NCBI GenBank assembly: GCA_031409655.1 | Contig: JANNXQ010000012.1 | Location: forward strand, 32,001-96,000 | Length of the DNA stretch: 64,000 bases | DNA from: Chthoniobacteraceae bacterium | GTDB lineage: Bacteria; Verrucomicrobiota; Verrucomicrobiia; Chthoniobacterales; Chthoniobacteraceae | Direction: 5' to 3' | Shown here: positions 1-12,395 of the stretch, piece by piece | How positions within the stretch are numbered: position 1 is the stretch's first letter | Layout of the letters: each line of letters begins with the position of its first letter | The notes under the pieces: generated by a model | Database searches by the model: none | What the model was told of the DNA's origin: nothing | Seen by the model: only the letters and a program-made list of their open reading frames with translations | Program-made: the position numbers and the translations under genes

Positions 1-702
1 GCCTTCTGGTTTCGTCGGATCGACCCGCTTGGGATCGTTGAAAATCTCCTTGGGTGCTTCTGCGAGGATGATGGCCACTTTGCGCTGCTCGTCGGTGAGG
101 GACTTCACCAGTTCGCGGGCGAGGTCTTCCTCCTTTCCGAGGATCCGGGTGCCTTCGCGGGGGCCGCTGCGCACTTCGCCGGGATTGGTGCCGAAGAAGG
201 AGGGCGTCATGGCCGGCGCCGCTTCGCCGACGGGCACGGTAAAATTCAGCGCAAGATGATGACCTTCGAGGCGCCAGCCCCAGGGACCCGCCGCACCGGG
301 TTTTCCGAAGATCGAGACGAAGTATTGCTCGGGATCGCGCACCGGTTTTCCGGGCTGCCCTTTTTCCAACTCCGCGAGGATCGCTTCGAGGCTCATGATG
401 GACGCGGCTTTGCTGTAGCCGCGGTGGCTCAAGCCTGTGGCCAAGAGCGCGTGCGCAAGCAACCGCTGCTCGTAATTCATCTCTTTCATCGGCAGCCCTT
501 TTCTGACGCGCGGGATGAAATGCCAGTTGGAGCGTTCCGTGTCGGCAAATTCAAACGAGACCTTCGTCTGCTGCTCCGGACGGAGAGCGGAGAGGAGATT
601 CTTTGCCGCCTGCGCCATTTCCTCACTGGCATCGTGGGCCCGGAGGGGTGCAGCCAGAGAGAATAAAAGGAGGAAGAGTGGCGAAACGCGCAGAGCTTTC
701 AT
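1..702 (-). CDS. DUF3500 domain protein with signal peptide (runs off window start)
   Basis: Not in ORF track; manual translation from ATG at 702: MKALRVSPLFLLLFSLAAPLRAHD...NWHFIPRVRKGL...WGWRLEGHHLALNFT...TPSFFGTNP, motifs typical of DUF3500. Confidence 0.8.
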   Translation of the reverse strand, partial: MKALRVSPLFLLLFSLAAPLRAHDASEEMAQAAKNLLSALRPEQQTKVSFEFADTERSNWHFIPRVRKGLPMKEMNYEQRLLAHALLATGLSHRGYSKAASIMSLEAILAELEKGQPGKPVRDPEQYFVSIFGKPGAAGPWGWRLEGHHLALNFTVPVGEAAPAMTPSFFGTNPGEVRSGPREGTRILGKEEDLARELVKSLTDEQRKVAIILAEAPKEIFNDPKRVDPTKPEG

Positions 703-796
703 GGAGCCGAACCTCACAGTCCGCCGGGACGGATGGCAAACCGAAAACACGCCGCGGGCGTTTCGCGGTGGATTGCGGAGGCGACGAGGGCAGCGG

Positions 797-2293
797 CTAC
801 GGATGGCTCACGCTGGCCTGAATCGCGGCGGGCGTCACCACCGGTTCACGCAGCATTTTTAAAATGGGCTGCGGAAAGATGCCGAAGACGAAGATGCCGA
901 GAGTGAGGGCTCCGACCGTGAGGCGGGTGAGTGGTGAAAAGGTGATGGCGCGGTCGTCGTTCGGCTCCTGCCAATACATGGCGGCGACGACGCGGAGGTA
1001 GAAGTAGAAGCCGGCGGCGACGGTGACGACACCGATGCCGACGAGGACGAAATGGTGCTCCTGCACGGCGGTCGCGAAGACGAGGAACTTTCCGATGAAG
1101 CCCGCGGTGAAAGGGATGCCAGCCAGGGAGAGCATCGCGGTGAGCATTCCGAAGGCGAGGAAGGGGCTGCGTTTGGCGAGGCCGTTGAAGTGCAGGATGT
1201 CGTCCCCGCGGGAGTGATTGGCGACGACGATCATGACGAGGAAGCTGAGCAGCGTCATCAGCAGGTAGCCCGCAAGGTAGAAGGCGATGGCGACGCGGGC
1301 GGAGCCGAAGGTGGAGATCGTCTCGTTCAGGCTCGCGACGGCGATGAGCAGGTAGCCCGCATGGCCGATGCTCGAGTAGGCGAGCAGCCGTTTCAGATTC
1401 TCCTGCGGCATGGCCGCGAGATTGCCGTAAAGGAGGCTCAAACCCGCGAGGACGGCGACGGCGGCGAGCACCTTTTCGCCGATGCCGGCAAGACCGACAA
1501 AGGGTTCGAGGACGCGGAGCAGGACCACGAAACCGGCGGCTTTCGAGCCCACGGAAAGGAAGGCGGTGATCGGGGTGGGCGCACCTTGATAGACATCGGG
1601 CACCCAGAATTGAAACGGTGCCGCGGCCACTTTGAAGCCGAGCGCGATGAGCAGGAGCATGAGGCCGAAGAGCAGCGGCGTCGGGGAGATCTGCTTGGTG
1701 GCGAGGACGTGGGCGATGGCCTCCAGATTCGTCTCACCGGTCAGGCCGAAGATCCAGGTGATCCCATAGACGAGGAAGCCGGTGCTCAGGGCGCCGAGGA
1801 TCAGATATTTCACGCCTGCCTCCAAGGATGCGGGATTTTTCCGCAGGTAGGCGACGAGCACGTAGAAGCTGATGGTGACGAGTTCCAGCGAGACGAAGAT
1901 CAGGATAAAATCCACGGCGGAGGCCATGAACATCAACCCGGCGCAGGTGAAGAGCGGCAGGCTGTAGAATTCACCAAGCCCTGATCCGAAGCGCTCGCCG
2001 GGGACGAGACGGGCGACTACGCCTCGGTATTCCACCGCCATCACCAGCACGACGATCGTGGTCACGAGCGCGATGCGTTTGAAAAAGAGCGCCGTGGGAT
2101 CGGCGACGTAAAAGCGGGCGAGGTCGCCGACATTCGCATCGGCAAAAAATGAAAAGCCGACCAGCGCCGCGAGGATGGCGATCGCGCCGTGAGCGAGACC
2201 GCGCTTGTCGTCGGTCTTGGAAAAGGACTCCACCAGCAGCATCAGGATGCCGAGGACGAGGACGGTGATTTCGAGGGAGATTGCGGGGATCAT
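797..2293 (-). CDS. nuoN: NADH-quinone oxidoreductase subunit N
   Basis: Highly hydrophobic; SLEAGVKYLILGA, FKVAAAPFQFWVPDVYQGAPTP, KRLLAYSSIGHAGY; ATG overlaps the nuoM stop (ATGA). Confidence 0.95.
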   Translation of the reverse strand: MIPAISLEITVLVLGILMLLVESFSKTDDKRGLAHGAIAILAALVGFSFFADANVGDLARFYVADPTALFFKRIALVTTIVVLVMAVEYRGVVARLVPGERFGSGLGEFYSLPLFTCAGLMFMASAVDFILIFVSLELVTISFYVLVAYLRKNPASLEAGVKYLILGALSTGFLVYGITWIFGLTGETNLEAIAHVLATKQISPTPLLFGLMLLLIALGFKVAAAPFQFWVPDVYQGAPTPITAFLSVGSKAAGFVVLLRVLEPFVGLAGIGEKVLAAVAVLAGLSLLYGNLAAMPQENLKRLLAYSSIGHAGYLLIAVASLNETISTFGSARVAIAFYLAGYLLMTLLSFLVMIVVANHSRGDDILHFNGLAKRSPFLAFGMLTAMLSLAGIPFTAGFIGKFLVFATAVQEHHFVLVGIGVVTVAAGFYFYLRVVAAMYWQEPNDDRAITFSPLTRLTVGALTLGIFVFGIFPQPILKMLREPVVTPAAIQASVSHP

Positions 2294-3765
2294 TTTACGA
2301 GCAGCGCCTCGACGCTCGGCTGGACGTAGCTGAGGAAAATTTTCGGGGCAAACCCGGCGACGAGGAGCACCGCGAGGAGCAGCGTCACGGGCCACCGAGC
2401 GGGCTTCACGACGTCGGTCCAGGTCGCGGTATCCTTGCCGGATTCACCCATGAAGATGGCGCGGTAGGCGCGCAGCATATAGACGGCGGAGATCACGACG
2501 CCCCAGAGCGCGAAGATCGTGGCGAGCTGAAAGTGCCAGGTCTGGGCGGGACCCGCGCCGGTCTTGAACGCCCCGAAAAAGACGAGCACCTCGCTGGCGA
2601 AGTTGGCAAATCCCGGAAGGCCGATCGAGGCGAAGGCCGCGCAGCCAAAGGCGGCCCCGAGCCACGGCATCGACCGGCCCACCCCGCCAAAGGAATCGAG
2701 GGCCAGCGTCGGGCGTTTTTCGCGGAGGATTCCCGCCATGGCAAAAAGCGCGGCGATCGAGAGGCCGTGGGCGAGCATGAGCAGCGCCGCGCCGCTGACC
2801 CCGAGGAGATTCATCGCGGCCACTCCGAGGAAGATGTAGCCCATGTGCATCACGCTCGAGTAGCCGAGCATCAGATCGAGATGTTTCTGCCCGATCGTGA
2901 CGAGACCGACATAGATGATATTTCCGACGAGCAGGAGCAGGAGCAGCCAGGACCACTCCTTCGCGCCTTCGGGGAGCAGGGGCAGCGCGACGCGGATCAA
3001 GCCGTAGAGGCCAAACTTTTTCAGCACGCCCGCATGCAGCATCGCCGCCGGAGTCGGGGCGCTGGCGTAGGCTTGCGGCGCCCACGAGTGGAAGGGGAAG
3101 AGCGAGACGAGAATCCCAAAGCCGATGAGCAGGATCAGGTAAGGCCGGCCCTGCGCCGAGGCCGGGATCACTTTGTCCATGCCGAGCTGCTGGAGCTTCG
3201 TCAGGTCAAAAGTCCGATAGACTTCGGGGATCGAAAAGTAGAGATCCGCCAGACCGATCAGCAGAATGAAAGATCCCAGCGCCAGATAGATCGTGATCTT
3301 CCAAGCCGCCGTCTGCCGCTCGCCCGTGCCCCAGAGACCGAGCAGGAGAAAGGTGGGGATGAGCGCGAGCTCGTGGAAGGCGTAGAAGAAGAATAGATCG
3401 AGCGAAGCAAACGCGCCCGCCGCGCCCGCCGCGATGAAGAGGATGCAGGCGTAGAAAAGGCTCTCGCGCTTCTCGATCTTCGGCGTCACCCAGACTGCGG
3501 CCAGGGTCACGATGCCGGTGAGGAAGAGCATCACCAGACTCAGGCCATCCGCACCGAGGAAGAAATTCAGTCCCCACTCAGGAACGATCGGCGAGACCTG
3601 CTTAAACTGAAAGCCGCCCGCCACTTTGTCATAAGAGAGCAGCGCGAAGACCGAGAGAAGAAAGGTCGCCGCCCCGGCCCCCAGCGCCGTCTTCCGCGCC
3701 GGAGCGCCGAGCAGGATCGCCAGTGCGCAGAGCAGCGGGATGAAAATGAGGAGACTCAAAAGCAT
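2290..3765 (-). CDS. nuoM: NADH-quinone oxidoreductase subunit M
   Basis: GADGLS, FFFYAFHELALIP, FPFHSWAP..Y..APT, YSSVMHMG, SIGLPGFANF motifs; coupled to nuoN. Confidence 0.93.
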   Translation of the reverse strand: MLLSLLIFIPLLCALAILLGAPARKTALGAGAATFLLSVFALLSYDKVAGGFQFKQVSPIVPEWGLNFFLGADGLSLVMLFLTGIVTLAAVWVTPKIEKRESLFYACILFIAAGAAGAFASLDLFFFYAFHELALIPTFLLLGLWGTGERQTAAWKITIYLALGSFILLIGLADLYFSIPEVYRTFDLTKLQQLGMDKVIPASAQGRPYLILLIGFGILVSLFPFHSWAPQAYASAPTPAAMLHAGVLKKFGLYGLIRVALPLLPEGAKEWSWLLLLLLVGNIIYVGLVTIGQKHLDLMLGYSSVMHMGYIFLGVAAMNLLGVSGAALLMLAHGLSIAALFAMAGILREKRPTLALDSFGGVGRSMPWLGAAFGCAAFASIGLPGFANFASEVLVFFGAFKTGAGPAQTWHFQLATIFALWGVVISAVYMLRAYRAIFMGESGKDTATWTDVVKPARWPVTLLLAVLLVAGFAPKIFLSYVQPSVEALLVK

Positions 3766-3988
3766 TGGCCCGGAGTGGGTATCTGATTACGCGGCAACGA
3801 AAAGATTTTTTCCTTCAATCTTTTCCCCCGCTGCCCGCCGCACTGGATGCGCCGTTCGCCAAGCCGTGGTGATCTCCAAAATCACGAGCGTCTGTCCGAC
3901 TGCCCCAACCGCTTCGAGCACCGGAGGGCGATGGGCATGGCCAGGTGATCATGGATCTGCTGGGGTGAGGGCCAATGCCCTTCCTGTC

Positions 3989-6043
3989 ATGACCCGGTAT
4001 CTCCTCGTCTTTCTCGCCGCCACCGCCTCCGTCTTTGCCGCGCCGCTCGAATTGTCGCTCGCGAACATCAAGACGACCGACGCGAAGATCGCGCGCACCG
4101 ACTCGGGTGCCGTGAGCGTCCAGACCGGGCGCAAGCATCAGTGGCCTGGAGTGACGGTCGTCGCGCCGGAGGGCCATTGGGATTTGTCGCCCTTCAGCTT
4201 TGTCGAGGTCGTGGTGAAGAACACCGGTGCGCAGGTCCTCAAGGTGGCGTGCCGCGTGGACAGTGAGAGGGTGAATGGCAAGGACCGTAACGTGAGCGGG
4301 AAGCTGGACATCGCACCGGGCAGCGCGGGCACGGTGCGCGTGGCGCTCTGGCGCACGAGCAAAGACACGCTCGGCGGCAAACTTTTCGGGATGCGTGGGA
4401 CGCCGGTGACCATCGGCGGCCCGTCCACGGTCGATCCGGCGCGCATCACCCAAGTGCTCGTCTTTGTCGCAAAGCCGGAAGTGGATCACGCCTTCGAGAT
4501 CACGAGTATCCGCGCCGACGGCACCTACACCGCGCCGACCGCCTCGACGCACGACGCGGATCCGTATTTTCCTTTCATCGATACCTTCGGCCAATACCGG
4601 CATCGCGACTGGTCGGGAAAGGTCCGCTCCTTCGACGAACTGCGCGCCCGTCGTGACGAAGAGGCGCAGGAACTCGCGGCGCAGCCCGGGCCGGCGGAGT
4701 GGGACCAATACGGCGGCTGGAAGGATGGGCCGCAGCTCCCGGCGACAGGATTTTTCCGCACGGAGAAGCACGAGGGCAAATGGTGGCTGGTCGATCCCGA
4801 GGGGCGGCTCTTTTTCTCCAATGGCATCGACGCCGCGGGCGTCGGCGTCGCGACCGTGACCGGAGAGCGCGAACACTTTTTCGCCGATTTTCCCGGCGCG
4901 CAGCCGGAGTTTGCGGAGTTCATCTCGAAAGCGGCGGTGATCAAGGGCCACTACGCGGGGCGCAAGATGAACGCGTTTTCCTTTGCCGGAGCCAACCTCG
5001 CCCGCAAATACGGCGCGGACTGGCGCCAGGTGAACGACGACCTGATCCAGCGCCGGATGCGAAGCTGGGGGCTGAACACGCTCGGCATGTGGAGCGAAGT
5101 GAAGGTGCGAGAGCTGCGCCGCACGCCCTACACCGATGCGCTCGGTTCCTGGGGCGTGCGCACGATCGCCGGCAGCGAGGGTTACTGGGGAAAATTTCCC
5201 GATCCGTTCGATCCCGGCTTCCGGAAAGCGCTGCTCAAGCAGATGGAAGCCAAGCGCGGCAAGAGCGTGGGCGATCCGTGGTGCCTCGGCTTTTTCTGCG
5301 ACAACGAATTGTCGTGGGGCGACGACACCTCGCTCGCGATCGGCGCGCTGCTGTCGCCCGCCGACCAGCCCGCGAAGCGCGCCTTCCTCGACGTGCTCCG
5401 CAAAAAATACGACGCCATCGCGAAGCTCAACGCCGCGTGGGGGAGCGCGCACGCGTCGTGGGAGGCACTCGCCGCGAGCACCACTGCGCCGGATTACGAG
5501 AAGGCCCGGCCCGACCTCACCGCCTTCTACACGCGCATCGCCGAGGAGTATTTTCGCAACGCGCGCGAGACGATCAAGGAGGTCGCACCGCAGCAGCTCT
5601 ACCTTGGCTGCCGCTTTGCCTGGGACAATGTGCTGGCGCAGGCTGCGGCGGCGAAGTTCTGCGACGTGGTCAGCTTCAATCTGTATTATAAAGATCTCGC
5701 GGATTTCACCTTTGAGGGCGGTGCCGACGTGCCGCTGATCGTCGGCGAGTTTCACTTCGGCGCCACGGACCGCGGAGTTTTTCACGCGGGTCTCAGAGCG
5801 GTGGAAAACCAGGACGCGCGCGCCGCCGCCTACACGAAGTATGTCCGCACCGCGCTGCGCGATCCGCAGTTCGTTGGTTGCCATTGGTTTGAATATCGCG
5901 ACGAGCCGACCACGGGGCGCGCCTTGGACGAGGAAAATTTCCAGATCGGCTTCGTCGATATCGCCGACACGCCTTACCGCGAGATGGTCGAGGCCAGCCG
6001 CGCACTCGGGCGCGAGATGTATCGACTGCGATCGGGACGCTGA
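3989..6043 (+). CDS. Secreted GH50-like (beta-agarase/beta-galactosidase-type) glycoside hydrolase
   Basis: Signal peptide; ATGFFRTEK..GKWWLVDPEG, RMRSWGLNTLG, GFFCDNELSWG, GEFHFGATDRG, VGCHWFEYRDEPTTGR. Confidence 0.8.
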   Translation: MTRYLLVFLAATASVFAAPLELSLANIKTTDAKIARTDSGAVSVQTGRKHQWPGVTVVAPEGHWDLSPFSFVEVVVKNTGAQVLKVACRVDSERVNGKDRNVSGKLDIAPGSAGTVRVALWRTSKDTLGGKLFGMRGTPVTIGGPSTVDPARITQVLVFVAKPEVDHAFEITSIRADGTYTAPTASTHDADPYFPFIDTFGQYRHRDWSGKVRSFDELRARRDEEAQELAAQPGPAEWDQYGGWKDGPQLPATGFFRTEKHEGKWWLVDPEGRLFFSNGIDAAGVGVATVTGEREHFFADFPGAQPEFAEFISKAAVIKGHYAGRKMNAFSFAGANLARKYGADWRQVNDDLIQRRMRSWGLNTLGMWSEVKVRELRRTPYTDALGSWGVRTIAGSEGYWGKFPDPFDPGFRKALLKQMEAKRGKSVGDPWCLGFFCDNELSWGDDTSLAIGALLSPADQPAKRAFLDVLRKKYDAIAKLNAAWGSAHASWEALAASTTAPDYEKARPDLTAFYTRIAEEYFRNARETIKEVAPQQLYLGCRFAWDNVLAQAAAAKFCDVVSFNLYYKDLADFTFEGGADVPLIVGEFHFGATDRGVFHAGLRAVENQDARAAAYTKYVRTALRDPQFVGCHWFEYRDEPTTGRALDEENFQIGFVDIADTPYREMVEASRALGREMYRLRSGR

Positions 6044-6086
6044 AGCTGGATGCCGGAAAGCCAGATCATCCCGCGCCATCAACCGC

Positions 6087-6114
6087 TGGCGATCGGTGGC
6101 GATCGGTGGCGATC
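6087..6114. repeat. Short 10-bp tandem repeat (TGGCGATCGG, about 2.8 copies)
   Basis: tggcgatcggtggcgatcggtggcgatc between the GH50 gene and the sulfatase. Confidence 0.6.
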
Positions 6115-6200
6115 ATGCTTGGAAATGTGGAGGCTGGGTAGGCAAACGTGCGTCGCCAGCATTCCCCGCCGACGAAACTCGGGAATGATCACCGAACCCC

Positions 6201-7796
6201 ATGCCACCAATCGCTCGCCTACTCCTCATCGCTCTCCTGGGCGCGTTTTGCACCCACAGCTTCGCCGCCAAGCCCAATTTCCTGCTCATCCTGGCCGACG
6301 ATCTCGGCTGGTCGGACCTCGGATGTTACGGGGGCGAAATCCAGACGCCGCAGCTTGATGCGCTGGCCCAGGGTGGTTTGCGGCTGACGCAGTTCTATAA
6401 CTCCACACGCTGCTCGCCGACCCGCGCGAGCATCCTCACGGGGCTGCATCCGCATCAGGCCGGGTTTCCGAATCTGAGCGGCACGTTGTCGAAGAGTTCC
6501 GTGACCATTCCCGAAGTGCTGAAGCCCGCGGGTTACCGCAGTTACCTGGTGGGTAAATGGCATCTCAATGCGAAGAACCCGCCGACGGAGCGCGGCTTCG
6601 ACGAGTTCTATGGCATGCTCGGTGGCTTCAATTCGTGTTGGCAGGAGACGCCATTTTACACCCGCTGGCCGCAGGACCGCACCAAGCGCGAGTATCCGCA
6701 GGACGGGTTTTACTCCACCGAGGTCTTCGCGGATTACGCAGTGGATTTCATTACCGACGGGCAGAAGAGCGGGCAGCCGTGGTTTCTCTATCTCGCGTTT
6801 AATGCGCCGCACTTTCCGCTCCATGCGCCGGAGGCGGACATTGCGAAGTATGAGGCGATGTATTTCGAGAAAGGCTGGGACCGCATCCGCGAGGAGCGGC
6901 TCGCGCGAATGAAAGAACTCGGCCTCGTGCCGCGCAACCTCGCACTTCCGCCGCGGAGCAATGTGCCAGCAAACAAGTTCAACACGCAGACGGCTTGGGC
7001 CGACCAGGACAACCCGGCGTGGGATTCACTGCCGGAGGATCGCCGCCGCGATCTCGCGCGTCGCATGGCGGTATTTGCGGCCATGGTGGATCGCATGGAT
7101 GCCAGCATCGGGCGGTTGGTGGCGCATTTGAAAAGGACGGGTCAGTTCGACAACACCGTGATTTTTTTCCTGAGCGACAATGGCGCATGCGCCGAGTGGG
7201 ACCCCTATGGATTCGACAAGAACAGCGGGCCGCAAAACGTGCTGCATACTGGCGATGAGTTGAAGAAAGTCGGCGGGCCGGAGAGTTACATTAGCTACGG
7301 CAGTGGCTGGGCGAATGTGGGCAATACGCCGTTCCGCCTCTACAAGCACTACAACCACGAGGGCGGCGTGCGCACCCCGTGCATCGTGCATTGGCCGGCG
7401 GGGCTGAAGGCGCGCGGACTCGCGTCGGGGCCGGGTTACATCACCGACTTCATGCCGACCCTCTGCGCGCTGGCCGGTGCGACTTATCCGCAGGAGCGCG
7501 CTGGCACCGCGATTTTGCCCGAGGAAGGCGTAAGTCTCCTGCCGGTGTTTCGCGGCGAGCCAATGCCGAAGCGGGAGATTTTCATCGAACACGAAGGCAA
7601 CCGCAGCGTGCGCGCCGGCGACTGGAAGCTCGTCGCCCTGCACGACCAGCCCTGGGAACTTTACCACATCGCCGCCGATCCGACCGAGATGACGAACCTC
7701 GCCGCCCACGAGTCGCCGCGCGTGAAATCCATGGCCGCCGCGTGGGAGGCGTGGGCCGAGCGTTGCGCGGTGCGGGAGAAAGGTGCGGCGAGGTAG
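6201..7796 (+). CDS. Arylsulfatase (Cys-type, secreted)
   Basis: Signal peptide; LADDLG, CSPTRASILTG (CxPxR), GKWHL, FLSDNG. Confidence 0.93.
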   Translation: MPPIARLLLIALLGAFCTHSFAAKPNFLLILADDLGWSDLGCYGGEIQTPQLDALAQGGLRLTQFYNSTRCSPTRASILTGLHPHQAGFPNLSGTLSKSSVTIPEVLKPAGYRSYLVGKWHLNAKNPPTERGFDEFYGMLGGFNSCWQETPFYTRWPQDRTKREYPQDGFYSTEVFADYAVDFITDGQKSGQPWFLYLAFNAPHFPLHAPEADIAKYEAMYFEKGWDRIREERLARMKELGLVPRNLALPPRSNVPANKFNTQTAWADQDNPAWDSLPEDRRRDLARRMAVFAAMVDRMDASIGRLVAHLKRTGQFDNTVIFFLSDNGACAEWDPYGFDKNSGPQNVLHTGDELKKVGGPESYISYGSGWANVGNTPFRLYKHYNHEGGVRTPCIVHWPAGLKARGLASGPGYITDFMPTLCALAGATYPQERAGTAILPEEGVSLLPVFRGEPMPKREIFIEHEGNRSVRAGDWKLVALHDQPWELYHIAADPTEMTNLAAHESPRVKSMAAAWEAWAERCAVREKGAAR

Positions 7797-7858
7797 GACG
7801 GTCAGCCACTGAGGACCTGGCCGGTCGGGAGGCGCCTGGGTCGCGCGGGCGTGGGTGA

Positions 7859-10165
<2,307 letters not shown>

Positions 10166-10228
10166 GGGAAAAGTGCGGCGGATGATGGCGGCGCGGCCCA
10201 TCGAGTCAATCGCGGCGACGGTCCGGCG

Positions 10229-10284
10229 CTGTTACACGATTGTCACAAGCTGTCCCTTGCCGCTCACGGGTCGGCCCTTACACT
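10229..10284 (+). promoter_or_regulatory. Pho-box-like direct repeats plus -10 (TACACT) upstream of the response regulator
   Basis: CTGTTAC / TTGTCAC / CTGTCCC / CGCTCAC at 11, 10 and 11 bp spacing, then TACACT at 10279-10284. Confidence 0.6.
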
Positions 10285-10299
10285 CCGCGCATCGCCACT

Positions 10300-11004
10300 A
10301 TGAGCAGCAAATCCGGACAAAAACGCATTCTCATCGCCGAAGACGAACCAGATGTCCGCAATCTCATCGCGATCAATCTGAAGAGCGCTGGCTTCACCGT
10401 GGTGGCGACGGAAGACGGGATGGCGGCGCTGAAAGAGGCGCGCGATTCGATCCCCGCACTGGTGATCCTCGATCTCATGCTGCCCGAGCTGTCCGGGCTC
10501 GAAGTGTGCAAGGTCTTAAAAAAGGAACCGGCCACGAGCGCGATCCCGATCATCATGCTCACCGCCAAGGCGGAGGAGGTGGACCGCATCGTGGGACTCG
10601 AACTCGGGGCGGACGATTACATCACGAAGCCTTTCAGTCCGCGCGAGTTGGTGCTGCGCGTGAAATCGGTGCTGCGGCGCGCGGCGGCGGCCAGTGATCC
10701 GTCGGATGAAATTTCGCTCGGCGATATCAAGATCGACCGGGCGCGCTGCGAGGTCACGGTGAAGGGAAAGCCGATCGAGTTCACGGCCACGGAGTTCAAG
10801 CTGCTCACCCTGCTCATCGAGCGCCGCGGCCGGGTGCAGAGTCGCGATGCGCTGCTCAATGACGTGTGGGGCTACGAGAGTGCGATCGATACGCGGACCG
10901 TGGATACGCACATTCGGCGCTTGCGGGAGAAGCTCGGGAAATCGGCGGATTGCATCGAGACCGTGCGGGGTTTCGGCTATCGGATTGCGGACCCGGCGCG
11001 GTGA
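10300..11004 (+). CDS. phoB: OmpR/PhoB-family response regulator (PhoB-like)
   Basis: REC domain (EDE, LDLMLP, GADDYITKPF) plus winged helix (RTVDTHIRRLREKL, ETVRGFGY); Pho-box-like repeats upstream. Confidence 0.8.
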   Translation: MSSKSGQKRILIAEDEPDVRNLIAINLKSAGFTVVATEDGMAALKEARDSIPALVILDLMLPELSGLEVCKVLKKEPATSAIPIIMLTAKAEEVDRIVGLELGADDYITKPFSPRELVLRVKSVLRRAAAASDPSDEISLGDIKIDRARCEVTVKGKPIEFTATEFKLLTLLIERRGRVQSRDALLNDVWGYESAIDTRTVDTHIRRLREKLGKSADCIETVRGFGYRIADPAR

Positions 11005-11100
11005 GGGACGCGGGGATCGAGGGAGCAGGGGAGTGAGTCCGGTTCGGACGTCCGGCATTGGATCGACGGCCCCGCAAAACCCGTCTAACCAAAGCAACCC

Positions 11101-12393
11101 ATGAGCTTTCCTGCGTACCAATGGATCCTCCTCGGTCTCGCCGCCGCGGCCGCCGCGGTCCTTTGGTGGAGACGCCGCCGGGTGCGGCAGGAGCGCTTCG
11201 ACCGTTTGGAAGCCGTGCTCCGCGATTTGGCTGAGGGTCGCACTCCGGGCAGTGTGGTGTTCTCGGGAGCCGTCGCGCACTTCGCCCGGCTGACCCCGTG
11301 GCTGGATCAGATCGGCGTGGATCTCGTGCGTCTGCGCGGGCAGGCCAGTCGCGACGAATCAAATCTTCAGACGATCCTTTCGAGCATGCAGGAGGGCGTG
11401 ATGGTGGTGGACGCGCATCATGTGCTCCGGATTGTGAATCCATCGTTCCTTTCGCTCTTCAAGATCGCGAAGGATCCTCGTGGGCAAAGTGTGCTGCACG
11501 CCTTGCGCGAGGCCGGATTTGATGCGCTCGTCTCGGCCACCCTCCGCACCGGCGAGGCGCAATCTGGCGAACTCGAACTGGCCGGCAGCAAGCCGAAGCT
11601 CTTCGTCTCGATGCACAGCAATCCGATGCGGGACGAAGCGGGTGCATCCGGGGCGGTGGTGATCTTCCGGGATATCACGCGGCTGCGGCAACTCGAGGAC
11701 GTGCGCCGTGAATTCGTCGCCAATGTTTCCCACGAATTGCGCACGCCGCTCTCGATTTTCCACGGCTACCTGGAAATGCTCGCCGACGCTCCGGACATGA
11801 AAGCGCCGGAGCGTTTGGAAGTGGTGGACGTCCTGCGGCGCCATTCGCGCCGGCTCAATGCGCTGCTCGAAGATCTGCTCATCCTCGCGCGCCTGGAGTC
11901 GCGGCACGAAGAACTCGTCTGTGAGTCCATCGCCGTGCCGGATTTGCTCCGCGACACGCTTCAGGATTGGGCGCCCGCGATTACCGAAAAAAAGCTCAAG
12001 GTGGAGCGCGATTGGCCTGGCGACTTTCCGCTGCTCAAGGCGAATCGCCTGCGGCTCGATCAGGTCTTCAACAACCTCCTCGACAACGCGACCAAGTATA
12101 CGGACGCCGAGGGGCGGATCGCGGTGCGGGCGCGGGCGGAAAACGGGTGGGTGGAATTCCGGGTGGAAGACAGTGGCCGCGGCATTCCGCCGACCGATGT
12201 GCCGCACATTTTCGAGCGCTTTTACCGGGCCGACAAAGCGCGCAGCCGCGAGCAGGGTGGCACCGGACTCGGGCTTTCGATCGTCAAACACATCGTGCAA
12301 TCCCACGGCGGCACGGTGACGGCGGAGAGCACCTATGGCAAAGGCACGGCGATCGTGGTCCGCCTGCCTCTTGCCGGGCCGGTCGAGCGTTGA
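11101..12393 (+). CDS. phoR: PhoR-like sensor histidine kinase (TM-PAS-HisKA-HATPase)
   Basis: RREFVANVSHELRTPL, NLLDNATKY, IFERFYRADKARSREQGGTGLGLSIVKH. Confidence 0.8.
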   Translation: MSFPAYQWILLGLAAAAAAVLWWRRRRVRQERFDRLEAVLRDLAEGRTPGSVVFSGAVAHFARLTPWLDQIGVDLVRLRGQASRDESNLQTILSSMQEGVMVVDAHHVLRIVNPSFLSLFKIAKDPRGQSVLHALREAGFDALVSATLRTGEAQSGELELAGSKPKLFVSMHSNPMRDEAGASGAVVIFRDITRLRQLEDVRREFVANVSHELRTPLSIFHGYLEMLADAPDMKAPERLEVVDVLRRHSRRLNALLEDLLILARLESRHEELVCESIAVPDLLRDTLQDWAPAITEKKLKVERDWPGDFPLLKANRLRLDQVFNNLLDNATKYTDAEGRIAVRARAENGWVEFRVEDSGRGIPPTDVPHIFERFYRADKARSREQGGTGLGLSIVKHIVQSHGGTVTAESTYGKGTAIVVRLPLAGPVER

Positions 12394-12395
12394 GT

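Noticed and set aside
3815..6082. Long antisense ORFs (also 8072-10303, 45247-47016, 53575-55548, 30873-32447 and others)
   Set aside because: Shadow frames of well-supported genes on the opposite strand, expected from high-GC codon bias; no motifs
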